A DNA stretch of 19,167 nt from Abditibacteriaceae bacterium (lineage in GTDB: Bacteria; Armatimonadota; Abditibacteriia; Abditibacteriales; Abditibacteriaceae): NCBI GenBank assembly GCA_031372065.1, contig JANMKN010000077.1, positions 1-19,167 on the forward strand, given 5' to 3'. The position numbers were made by a program, and so were the translations under genes. Under the pieces are notes generated by a model that saw only the letters and a program-made list of their open reading frames with translations, made no database searches and was not told where the DNA came from. Positions 1 to 7,738 of the stretch are shown one piece after another; within the stretch, counting starts at the first letter, position 1; the number at the start of each line of letters is the position of its first letter.

Positions 1-35
1 GCGCGGCTTCTCGGCCATCAGGACGCCCGAAACGC

Positions 36-131
36 TGAACAGGCGTTGCACCCCTTTGCATCCCAGAGAGTCGGCGGTAGGTCTGGAGGCAATGGGACCT
101 TGAGTTTGCTCAGAATCACCTCTGCGTTTGG
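36..131 (-). other. Possible fragment of a PilB/GspE-type ATPase Zn-binding region fused in inverted orientation to pncB
   Basis: The minus strand reads PNAEVILSKLKVPLPPDLPPTLWDAKGCNACS, resembling the segment ending in LYxGKGCxxC of PilB/GspE ATPases. It breaks off before the expected GYxGR. Confidence 0.4.
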
Positions 132-1466
132 AACAGCGGCGGTTTTACGCTCGCTTGTGGCTTGCAACAAGCCATTGAATATCTGGAAGAATTGCATTTT
201 GACGAAGATGACCTCAATTATTTGAAAACCTTGACCGGAAACGACCAAAAGCCGCTTTTTGAGCAGGGATTTTTGGATTATCTGCGCGATTTGAAGTTTT
301 GCTGTCAAGTGGACGCTGTTCCTGAAGGCACACCGGTTTTCCCTTATGAGCCACTGGTGCGTGTCCAAGGCCCGATTTTGCAAGCGCAAATCATCGAAAC
401 GCTGCTGCTGACGATTATCAATTTTCAAACGCTGATTGCCACCAAAGCGGCGCGTGTCAACATTGCGGCGCGCGGCGAAGCGGTTTTGGAATTTGGCGCG
501 CGGCGCGCTCAAGGCGTGGACGGCGCGCTTACGGCCAGTCGCGCCGCCTATATTGGCGGCTGCGCGGCCACTTCCAACGTTTTAGCGGGCCGGGTATGGG
601 ATATTCCCGTTAAAGGCACGCACGCGCACAGTTGGGTGATGCTTTTCGAGGACGAACGCGAAGCCTTTCAAACTTACGCGCGCACCATGCCCAATAATTG
701 CGTGTTTTTGGTGGACACTTACGATACCTTAGAAGGCGTGCGCCATGCCGTTGAAGTTGGCAAATGGCTGCGCGAAAACGGCCATGAATTGCTGGGTGTG
801 CGCTTGGATTCGGGCGATTTGGCCACACTTTCCATCGGCGCGCGGCAGATTTTAGACGAAGCTGGTTTTGAAAACGCCGCTATCGTGGCAAGCAACGATT
901 TGGATGAATATCTGATTCGCTCGCTCAAAGATCAAGGCGCCAAAATTTCGGTTTGGGGCGTCGGGACGCGCTTGGCGACGGCTTACGACCAACCGGCACT
1001 GGGCGGCGTGTATAAATTATCGGCAGTTCTCGAAAATGGCGAATGGCAACCGCGTTTAAAACTATCCGAGCAAAGCGTGAAAATTTCCAACCCCGGCATT
1101 TTACAAGTGCGGCGCTTTCGGCGCGCATCAGGCGATAAAACGGGGCAGTTATTTGCGGATGCGATTTACGATGTTCAAAATCCGCCGCGTGATTGGGTGA
1201 TTGTTGACCCGACTGATTCGCTTTTGCGTTGGAAAGTGACGCCGCAAATGGAAAGCGATGATTTGCTGGTGCCGGTTTTGCAAGGCGGGCGGCGCGTTGG
1301 CGAATTGCCGTCCATTCATGAGATTCGCGCTTTAGCGCAGAGAAACATGGAATTGCTGCCCGATGGCATCAAGCGTTTTGAAAATCCGCATCGTTATCAA
1401 TCGGGCCTTGAGGAAAATTTGCACACGCGCAAGGAAAAAATGATTTTTGCGGCGCGCAATTCGTAA
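132..1466 (+). CDS. pncB: Nicotinate phosphoribosyltransferase, 5'-truncated (N-terminal ~35-40 aa missing)
   Basis: NAPRTase motifs GGFTLACGL, LEFGARRAQG, TSNVLAG, GTHAHSWV (phospho-His), LVDTYD, GVRLDSGD, ASNDLDE and WGVGT. Homology extends upstream of the TTG at 162 to about 132-135. There is an in-frame TAG at 78-80 and no LLTDxYxLTM N-terminal motif. Confidence 0.93.
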   Translation, partial: NSGGFTLACGLQQAIEYLEELHFDEDDLNYLKTLTGNDQKPLFEQGFLDYLRDLKFCCQVDAVPEGTPVFPYEPLVRVQGPILQAQIIETLLLTIINFQTLIATKAARVNIAARGEAVLEFGARRAQGVDGALTASRAAYIGGCAATSNVLAGRVWDIPVKGTHAHSWVMLFEDEREAFQTYARTMPNNCVFLVDTYDTLEGVRHAVEVGKWLRENGHELLGVRLDSGDLATLSIGARQILDEAGFENAAIVASNDLDEYLIRSLKDQGAKISVWGVGTRLATAYDQPALGGVYKLSAVLENGEWQPRLKLSEQSVKISNPGILQVRRFRRASGDKTGQLFADAIYDVQNPPRDWVIVDPTDSLLRWKVTPQMESDDLLVPVLQGGRRVGELPSIHEIRALAQRNMELLPDGIKRFENPHRYQSGLEENLHTRKEKMIFAARNS

Positions 1467-1599
1467 TTTTGAGCTGAATATTGCATCGGAAATTTCTATT
1501 ATGTGCCGTCATGTTCTTCATTTTGTGGAATAGGAAAGAAGCAACGAGGCTTTTCCGCTTTCATGAAATAAGACAGAGCCTTGTAAGGACATAGCGATG

Positions 1600-1628
1600 T
1601 TGCGTTAAACTGGCGATTAGCTTATGCT
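1600..1628 (+). promoter_or_regulatory. Candidate sigma70 promoter for cpaF-tadB-tadC
   Basis: TTGCGT (1600-1605), 17-nt spacer, TATGCT (1623-1628). Implies a 5' leader of about 250 nt. Confidence 0.35.
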
Positions 1629-1887
1629 AAGCAACATCTTGGCGTGTTGGGTTCGCCGTTTGGTTTTGCCGATAAAAAACAGCCGTAAACGCCAAAACTG
1701 CCTCGCGAAAGCAGTGTCGTAATGCGTAAACTACAGGCTGTGTTATGTATATCCGTATGGACTCGCCAAGTTGCGAGTTGGTGTCTGCGGTTTATTACCA
1801 CTCAGCCGTTCCGCGTTGCAACCGCGCGCCACTGCCCGATGACCGGAAACTATATTGACCGGCGGGTAAAGAGTCTGGAGGAAAACA

Positions 1888-4014
1888 ATGTCCCTTTTGT
1901 CCCGTTTGGATCGGGTTCGTAGCAAAGATGCCTCTTTGGAAAATGCAGACGAAGTCGAAGCCGTCGAAGGTGCTGCACCAGCCTTAGGCGAGGGTGAAAC
2001 AACTCCGCCCCAATTAACTGCGCCCGGTGAGGAAGGCGCGAGTGTCGTTCGCGCCGAAGGCCGCGAGGCTCTTGGCAGCCCACGTATTTCACAAACAATC
2101 GCTACCATGCAAGGCATGGACGCGGTGGAAGGTGTGCCCGAAAGCGAAGATGAAATGCGGCGCTACTATCGCCACAAGCACATGATTTTCAATGAAGTGC
2201 TGGGGGCGGTAGATCAGCGTTTGTGGCAACAGCCGCAACGTGAATTGATTCGCAGCATTTTAGAAAAGGCGATTGATAAAGCCATCGCCGGAGCCAGCCT
2301 GACCATCACGCGCCACGAGCGCACTTGGCTGGTGACTGAGTTCCTCCATGAAGTGGCTGATTTTGGCCCGCTCACGCCCTTTTTGGATGATGCCGCGATC
2401 ACGAAAATCATGGTTGAAGGCTCCAACGAAGTCATCATTGATCGTCTGGGGCAAAATGAGACGACGCCTGTTTCCTTCCGGGATAACGATCACCTTTTAG
2501 GGCTGATTCATCGCATTGCGGGCATTGTGGGCAGCCGCCTTGATCCCAAAGTGCCGTTGCTTGATCGTCCTTTGCCCGACGGCGGACGCGTGCGCGCCAA
2601 AGTGCCGCCGTTGTCGCCACATCCCTCACTTTCCATCGAAAAAACAACGGGCAACCCGTTTGAAGCCCTGCGCCGCGCACAGGCTCAGGAACAACGCCCC
2701 GAATCGGCGCCTTTTGGTGCTTTGCGTGAACGAATTCAGCAAAAACTGATTCAGGAACTTGATCGCTCGGTTATGGCGGCGACCAATCCCGACCAAATGC
2801 GTAGTCAAGTCGAAGATATGATCAATCAGGTGATGCATGAAGAGCGCATTGCCATGTCACGCGCCGAACGAGCTTCGTTAGTTGTCGAATTGATTCATGA
2901 AATCGTGGGCCTCGGCCCGCTGGAACCGCTATTGAATGACCCCGAAGTGGACGAAATCATGGTCAACGGTGCCGACGCGATTTATGTGGAACGACACGGC
3001 AAGTTGACGCTGACAAATCAGCGTTTTCGTGACAATCAGCACGTCATGCAAATTGTTGAACGCATCATTGCTCCACTGGGTCGCCGTGTAGATGAAAAAA
3101 CGCCTTATGTGGATGGCCGTTTGCGTGATGGTTCGCGTTTTCATGCCATTATTCCGCCCTTGGCACTGGCTGGCGCCACGTTAACGATTCGCAAATTCGC
3201 CAAAGACCCGTTCACCATGACGGACTTGATTAACTTCAACACGATTACGCGAGAAGCCGCGCAGTTTTTGCAAGCCTGTGTTGAGGCGCGGTTGAACATT
3301 GTGGTGTCGGGTGGCACCGGTTCTGGCAAAACCACTTCGCTGAACGTGTTGTCGTCGTTTATTCCTTCTAATGAGCGCATTGTGACCATCGAAGACGCAG
3401 CGGAATTGCAGTTGCGTCAAGATCACGTTGTCCGTTTGGAAACGCGCCCGCCCAACATCGAAGGCGCAGGAGCAATTACCATTCGCGATTTGGTGCGAAA
3501 CTCGCTTCGTATGCGCCCAGATCGCATTGTGGTCGGCGAATGTCGCGGTTCCGAAGCGTTGGATATGTTGCAAGCAATGAACACGGGGCATGACGGTTCT
3601 TTGACCACCGGTCACTCGAACTCGCCGCGTGACATGATTAAGCGTTTGGAAACCATGGTAATGATGGCCGGTTTCGACTTGCCGATGCGCGCTATCCGCG
3701 AGCAAATTGCGATGGCTGTGGATGTCATTGTGCATCAGTCGCGTATGAGAGATGGCACGCGCAAAATCACGGCGATTACCGAAATCGCTGGCATGGAAGG
3801 CGATGTTATTACCACGCAGGATGTGTTCTTGTTTGAACAGGAATATATTGACGATGCAGGCAAAATTCATGGGCGCTTGCAGCCTACTGGCTTGCATCCC
3901 AAGTGCTACAATCAGATTTTGCACTCTGGTGTCAAACTGGCCTCAGATGTTTTCGTGCCGCGAGGCTTTGCTGATGCAGTTACTCCCAAAGCGCGTATCA
4001 TGGGCGGACGTTGA
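1888..4014 (+). CDS. cpaF: Tad/Flp pilus assembly ATPase CpaF/TadA with duplicated N-terminal domain
   Basis: [21 protein letters not shown], Walker A GGTGSGKT, Asp box [44 protein letters not shown] at 1877-1881. Followed by tadB and tadC. Confidence 0.96.
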   Translation: MSLLSRLDRVRSKDASLENADEVEAVEGAAPALGEGETTPPQLTAPGEEGASVVRAEGREALGSPRISQTIATMQGMDAVEGVPESEDEMRRYYRHKHMIFNEVLGAVDQRLWQQPQRELIRSILEKAIDKAIAGASLTITRHERTWLVTEFLHEVADFGPLTPFLDDAAITKIMVEGSNEVIIDRLGQNETTPVSFRDNDHLLGLIHRIAGIVGSRLDPKVPLLDRPLPDGGRVRAKVPPLSPHPSLSIEKTTGNPFEALRRAQAQEQRPESAPFGALRERIQQKLIQELDRSVMAATNPDQMRSQVEDMINQVMHEERIAMSRAERASLVVELIHEIVGLGPLEPLLNDPEVDEIMVNGADAIYVERHGKLTLTNQRFRDNQHVMQIVERIIAPLGRRVDEKTPYVDGRLRDGSRFHAIIPPLALAGATLTIRKFAKDPFTMTDLINFNTITREAAQFLQACVEARLNIVVSGGTGSGKTTSLNVLSSFIPSNERIVTIEDAAELQLRQDHVVRLETRPPNIEGAGAITIRDLVRNSLRMRPDRIVVGECRGSEALDMLQAMNTGHDGSLTTGHSNSPRDMIKRLETMVMMAGFDLPMRAIREQIAMAVDVIVHQSRMRDGTRKITAITEIAGMEGDVITTQDVFLFEQEYIDDAGKIHGRLQPTGLHPKCYNQILHSGVKLASDVFVPRGFADAVTPKARIMGGR

Positions 4015-4017
4015 TAA

Positions 4018-4066
4018 ATTTTGAATTTTTAATTGTTCGAAATTAAAAATTCAAAATCAAAAATTC
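4018..4066. repeat. AT-rich heptamer-derived inverted repeat (17-bp perfect stem, 6-nt loop) plus extra heptamers
   Basis: attttgaatttttaatt (4018-4034), loop gttcga, aattaaaaattcaaaat (4041-4057), then further aaa(a)t(t)c-type units. Confidence 0.85.
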
Positions 4067-4074
4067 TTACTGCC

Positions 4075-5109
4075 ATGGAAACCTTAATTATTGGTCTGGC
4101 TTTGTTTACCGGGATAGTGCTGTTTATCGCGGGACTGATGCAGGGGCCACAGGAAGCGGAGGAAACCGCTGCTGAAAAATTGACGCGTGTGCGTGCCCGC
4201 CGCGATGAAATTTCGCCCGATGGTCAATCGGCCCGCGAAAAAGAAATTGATCGGGAATTTGCCAAACGCGAAGAAAAGCGCGTGCGCCAGCAACGGCGTG
4301 AAACCTTCGTGCCGGCGCTCAGTAAAGTCGCCATTTCGGTTCAAGTTTTCAGGCGCCTTGAAGAAGAGTTGTTGCAAGCCCGCTCTCCTTGGCGCGCCAT
4401 GGAATTGTTTGTTTTCAGCATTTTCGCGGCAATTGTTACCTTCATCATTCTAATAATGATGCATTTTCCCGTTTTTATTTCAGCGCCTATTGCGGTAGCC
4501 TGTTTTGGTTTGCCGTGGGCTTATGTGCGCCTCTTAAAAATGAAATATGCACGGCAATTTGAACAGCAACTGGCCGATACGCTGATGCTCATGGCGAATA
4601 GCCTGCGCGCCGGATTTTCGTTTTTGCAAAGTTTGGAAATGGTGTCGCGTGAAGCAATGCCGCCAGTAGCCGATGAATTTCAGCGTTTAACGCAGGAAAT
4701 TTCCATCGGTGTGCCAGTTAATCAGGCTTTGGAGAATATGGGCGCCCGTGTGCATTCTACTGACCTTGATCTCGTGATAACTGCCGTGTTAATTCAGCGC
4801 GAGGTTGGCAGTAGCTTGGCTGAAATTTTAGAAGTTATTTCCAGAGTCATTGGCGAACGCATTCGTATTCGCGGTGAAATTCGCACCCTCACGGCGCAAG
4901 GGCGCTTAACGGGCGCGATTTTAGGTTTTTTGCCGCTTTCGCTGGGCATAGCGATTCACTTCGTCGGCGCTTTAACCACGCCCAATGAACCATCGTTTGT
5001 GCAGCCCTTGTTGTCAACAATTCAAGGTAATTACTTGCTTGGCATTGGCCTCGCGCTGCAAGTCATTGGTTTCATCATCATCATGAAGATTGTGGACATT
5101 AAGGTTTAA
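4075..5109 (+). CDS. tadB: Tad pilus inner-membrane platform protein TadB (T2SS F family)
   Basis: N-terminal TM, FEQQLADTLMLMANSLRAGFSF, IQREVGSSLAEIL, IRTLTAQGRL and C-terminal TMs. ATG 4075 is preferred over TTG 4033, which lies inside the AT-rich inverted repeat. Confidence 0.93.
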   Translation: METLIIGLALFTGIVLFIAGLMQGPQEAEETAAEKLTRVRARRDEISPDGQSAREKEIDREFAKREEKRVRQQRRETFVPALSKVAISVQVFRRLEEELLQARSPWRAMELFVFSIFAAIVTFIILIMMHFPVFISAPIAVACFGLPWAYVRLLKMKYARQFEQQLADTLMLMANSLRAGFSFLQSLEMVSREAMPPVADEFQRLTQEISIGVPVNQALENMGARVHSTDLDLVITAVLIQREVGSSLAEILEVISRVIGERIRIRGEIRTLTAQGRLTGAILGFLPLSLGIAIHFVGALTTPNEPSFVQPLLSTIQGNYLLGIGLALQVIGFIIIMKIVDIKV

Positions 5110-5174
5110 ATTTCGCTTGATTCGTTTGATGTTTGTCGCACAGTTTTAGGGGACTCCCAAAAGGATAGCTGTTC

Positions 5175-6086
5175 ATGCTCAATCGTTCACAGGCACGCGT
5201 AAAAACAATGGCTCAAGGCGACTCTCGCAAGGTGCGCCTGAATGAAGAAGATCCTTTGGCGCGTCTTACGCAGGATGCGCGTCGCCCAAGGCAGCAGCAA
5301 GGCTCGTTTTTCACGCGCGTGGCGCTGCCGTTTCTGGAAAAGATTGCCGCTCCCGGCAATATGCTGGCGCGCAATATCAATCGAGACGAAGTGCGGATGC
5401 GCTTAATGCGCGCTGGTTTTCCTGCCGGGTTGACCGCTGCGGCTTTTATTGGCTTGCAGATTTTTCTGACTTTTAGCGTCAGTTTACTTTTCTTGCTTTG
5501 GGTTCCGATTTTAGAAAGCGTTTTCGGTAGTTATCTGCCGTTTTGGTTTAGCGGCCCCGTTGCGGCTGTTTTGGGTTTGATTTACGGCTATAAAGCACCT
5601 GAAATTTGGGTAAACATGGTCACGCGCCGGCGCCAACAGGAAATACAAAGCGTGCTGCCCGATATGATTGACCTCATCACCGTGTCGGTGGAAGCCGGGT
5701 TGAGTTTATATGGTGCCATTCAGCGCATTTCGGCGCGTTTCGATAACCCACTCAGTGAGGAATTTGAACGCGCCTTGCAAGAAGTGCGATTGGGGCGCTC
5801 TAATATCGAATCCATGCGCGATTTAGCGCGCCGCGTGGACGTGCCCGATTTGTCGTCGTTAATTTCGGCGATTGTGCAAGCCGATATGCTTGGTTTGGCG
5901 ATTGCCAACGTTTTGCGCGTGCAAAGCGAACGTTTGCGCGAAAAGCGCTCTCAGCGCGCTCGCGAAGCGGCTCAAAAAGCGCCGATTAAAATGGTGATTC
6001 CGCTGGTGTTTTTCATTTTTCCGGCGTTGTTTATTGTCATTTTAGGCCCGGCGCTTCTCAAAATTGCAGCCACAAGCGCGTTTTAA
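5175..6086 (+). CDS. tadC: Tad pilus inner-membrane platform protein TadC (T2SS F family)
   Basis: LPDMIDLITVSVEAGL, LRVQSERLREKRSQRAREAAQKAPIKMVIPLVFFIFPALFIVILGPA. SD AAGGA at 5161-5165. Confidence 0.94.
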   Translation: MLNRSQARVKTMAQGDSRKVRLNEEDPLARLTQDARRPRQQQGSFFTRVALPFLEKIAAPGNMLARNINRDEVRMRLMRAGFPAGLTAAAFIGLQIFLTFSVSLLFLLWVPILESVFGSYLPFWFSGPVAAVLGLIYGYKAPEIWVNMVTRRRQQEIQSVLPDMIDLITVSVEAGLSLYGAIQRISARFDNPLSEEFERALQEVRLGRSNIESMRDLARRVDVPDLSSLISAIVQADMLGLAIANVLRVQSERLREKRSQRAREAAQKAPIKMVIPLVFFIFPALFIVILGPALLKIAATSAF

Positions 6087-6093
6087 AACGCAT

Positions 6094-7545
6094 TTAAGCC
6101 GCAGCTTCGGCAATTAGCGGCACTTCGCCAAAACGCGGCAAGCGCAATAGCAAAATAAATGTGACGGCCATCAAAACCAGATTGAAAATGAAGGTGTGCG
6201 AAAACGCGTAAGCGTAGCGCGCCGGTTCAGGCGCTGGGCCAAGGAGCGTGAAAAAGATGCTCCCGATAATGGCGATGCCGAGCGAACCGGAAATTTGTTG
6301 CCCTGTTGTTAAAACGCCCGAAGCCGTGCCCGCAAAATGCGGCGCGATGCCACGCAACACCACACCGCTGAGTTGGGGCACTAAAAGTCCTTGCCCGAAG
6401 CCGTAAATGGCAATCGGCGCCCATAAATCGCGTGGCGATAGCGCAACGCCGCGCGTTTGCATCAAAAAAATCAGCCACAGCGCGCCCGCTATCATAATCA
6501 ACACTCCAGCCTGTAACAGTCGTGTGCCCAATTGGTCAGCCATGCGCAAGGCATAAAGCGACGCTAATAAAAAGGCCAACGACAGCGGCGCGAAAGTTAA
6601 TCCGGCAACTTTGGGCACTAAACCCATGCCGTCTTGCAAGAATAAAGTCAGCATTAACGCAAATGAACTCATGCCCATGAAGGTGGACATCATACACAGC
6701 AAGCCAGCCACGAAATTGGAGTCTTGGAACAAGTTCAGGTCAATCAAAGGTGTGCCGCCGCGCTGCGAAAGCCGTGCTTCAAAAGCGACGAAACCGCGTA
6801 AAACAAATAGCGAAAAAGCCACGCACAGCCACGCCCACAGCGGCCAACCGGCTTCGCGGCCTTCAGCGAGCGGGAACACCAGCAAAAATAAGCCAGCGGA
6901 AACCAAGCCGACACCGATTAAATCGAGCTTTCGCGAGTGCGGCGCATAAGATTCGGGCACGAAGCGCGGTGTCAGCAATAGCGAAAGCAAGCCGACAGGC
7001 AGATTCACGAAGAATATCGGGCGCCATGACTGCCCCCCGAAATTCGCGCTGATTAAATAGCCGCCCAAAACGTTGCCAATAAACGAAGCGATGCCGACCA
7101 CAATGCCCAAAATGGCGAAGGCTCTGGCGCGCTCGTGCGGTGGAAAACTGACCTGAATAATGGAAAAAATCTGCGGCACCATTAAAGCCGCTGTGCCGCC
7201 CTGCAAAACGCGCGCAGCGATAAGAAAACCAGCCGAAGGTGCCAATCCGCACAGCAGCGAAGCGAGCGTAAAAGCCGCGACGCCGCACAAAAAAACGCGT
7301 CGCCGTCCATAAATATCGCCCAAGCGCCCGCCGGTTATCAGGCTGACGGCATAAGTTAAGCCATAACCGACAACGACCAATTGCAATTGGGCTGATGTGG
7401 CATTCAAATTGGTTTGAATGGCGGGTAGGGCGATGTTGACGATCAAAAAATCGAGAACAGCCAGAAAAAGTGCGCCCAAAATGACGGCCAAGGCCATCCA
7501 GCGGCGTGGATCAAGCGTTTCGGCAAATGAATTTGAAACAGACAT
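6094..7545 (-). CDS. MFS drug:H+ antiporter, DHA2 (EmrB/QacA-like, 14 TMS) family
   Basis: LDFLIVNIALPAIQ, motif A GGRLGDIYGRRR, LIAARVLQG, WRPIFFVNLPVG, about 14 hydrophobic segments. Confidence 0.93.
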   Translation of the reverse strand: MSVSNSFAETLDPRRWMALAVILGALFLAVLDFLIVNIALPAIQTNLNATSAQLQLVVVGYGLTYAVSLITGGRLGDIYGRRRVFLCGVAAFTLASLLCGLAPSAGFLIAARVLQGGTAALMVPQIFSIIQVSFPPHERARAFAILGIVVGIASFIGNVLGGYLISANFGGQSWRPIFFVNLPVGLLSLLLTPRFVPESYAPHSRKLDLIGVGLVSAGLFLLVFPLAEGREAGWPLWAWLCVAFSLFVLRGFVAFEARLSQRGGTPLIDLNLFQDSNFVAGLLCMMSTFMGMSSFALMLTLFLQDGMGLVPKVAGLTFAPLSLAFLLASLYALRMADQLGTRLLQAGVLIMIAGALWLIFLMQTRGVALSPRDLWAPIAIYGFGQGLLVPQLSGVVLRGIAPHFAGTASGVLTTGQQISGSLGIAIIGSIFFTLLGPAPEPARYAYAFSHTFIFNLVLMAVTFILLLRLPRFGEVPLIAEAAA

Positions 7546-7660
7546 AAAAAAGGCCGCGTCCTACGCTCTCTAAAGGAACATAAGGATTTGGCCGCCCTTA
7601 ACAGTGGCAACATCCTGCAACGAGTTCCCGGAAATTGCGTCGTGCAAAGATCGAATGCCT

Positions 7661-7669
7661 TGCTATAAT
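7661..7669 (+). promoter_or_regulatory. Extended -10 promoter element for rel
   Basis: TGCTATAAT is a perfect TGnTATAAT, 70 nt upstream of ATG 7739. SD-like GAAGGTG at 7724-7730. Confidence 0.6.
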
Positions 7670-7738
7670 GGCTTGTAAGGCTTTACGAAGCACTAAACGC
7701 ATTAATGCCACGATTAATGCCATGAAGGTGTCGCGAAC

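Noticed and set aside
162..164. TTG as the true pncB start
   Set aside because: Homology continues upstream (GGFTLACG), so this is an internal Leu codon.
18..512. 164-aa minus-strand ORF as a real gene
   Set aside because: Mostly the antisense shadow of pncB. Only the last ~35 aa look protein-like, and these are treated separately.
1467..1887. Hidden Flp pilin gene in this or the other intergenic gaps
   Set aside because: No G-xxxx-EY motif followed by a hydrophobic helix was seen by eye. Very short or divergent ORFs cannot be fully excluded.
4033..4074. N-terminal MFEIKNSKSKILTA of TadB
   Set aside because: It is the translation of the AT-rich heptamer repeat. ATG 4075 directly precedes the TM helix.
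6078..6091. 14-bp palindrome gcgttttaaaacgc at the tadC/MFS convergence as a terminator
   Set aside because: The stem is short and AT-rich with no U tract, so chance occurrence cannot be excluded.
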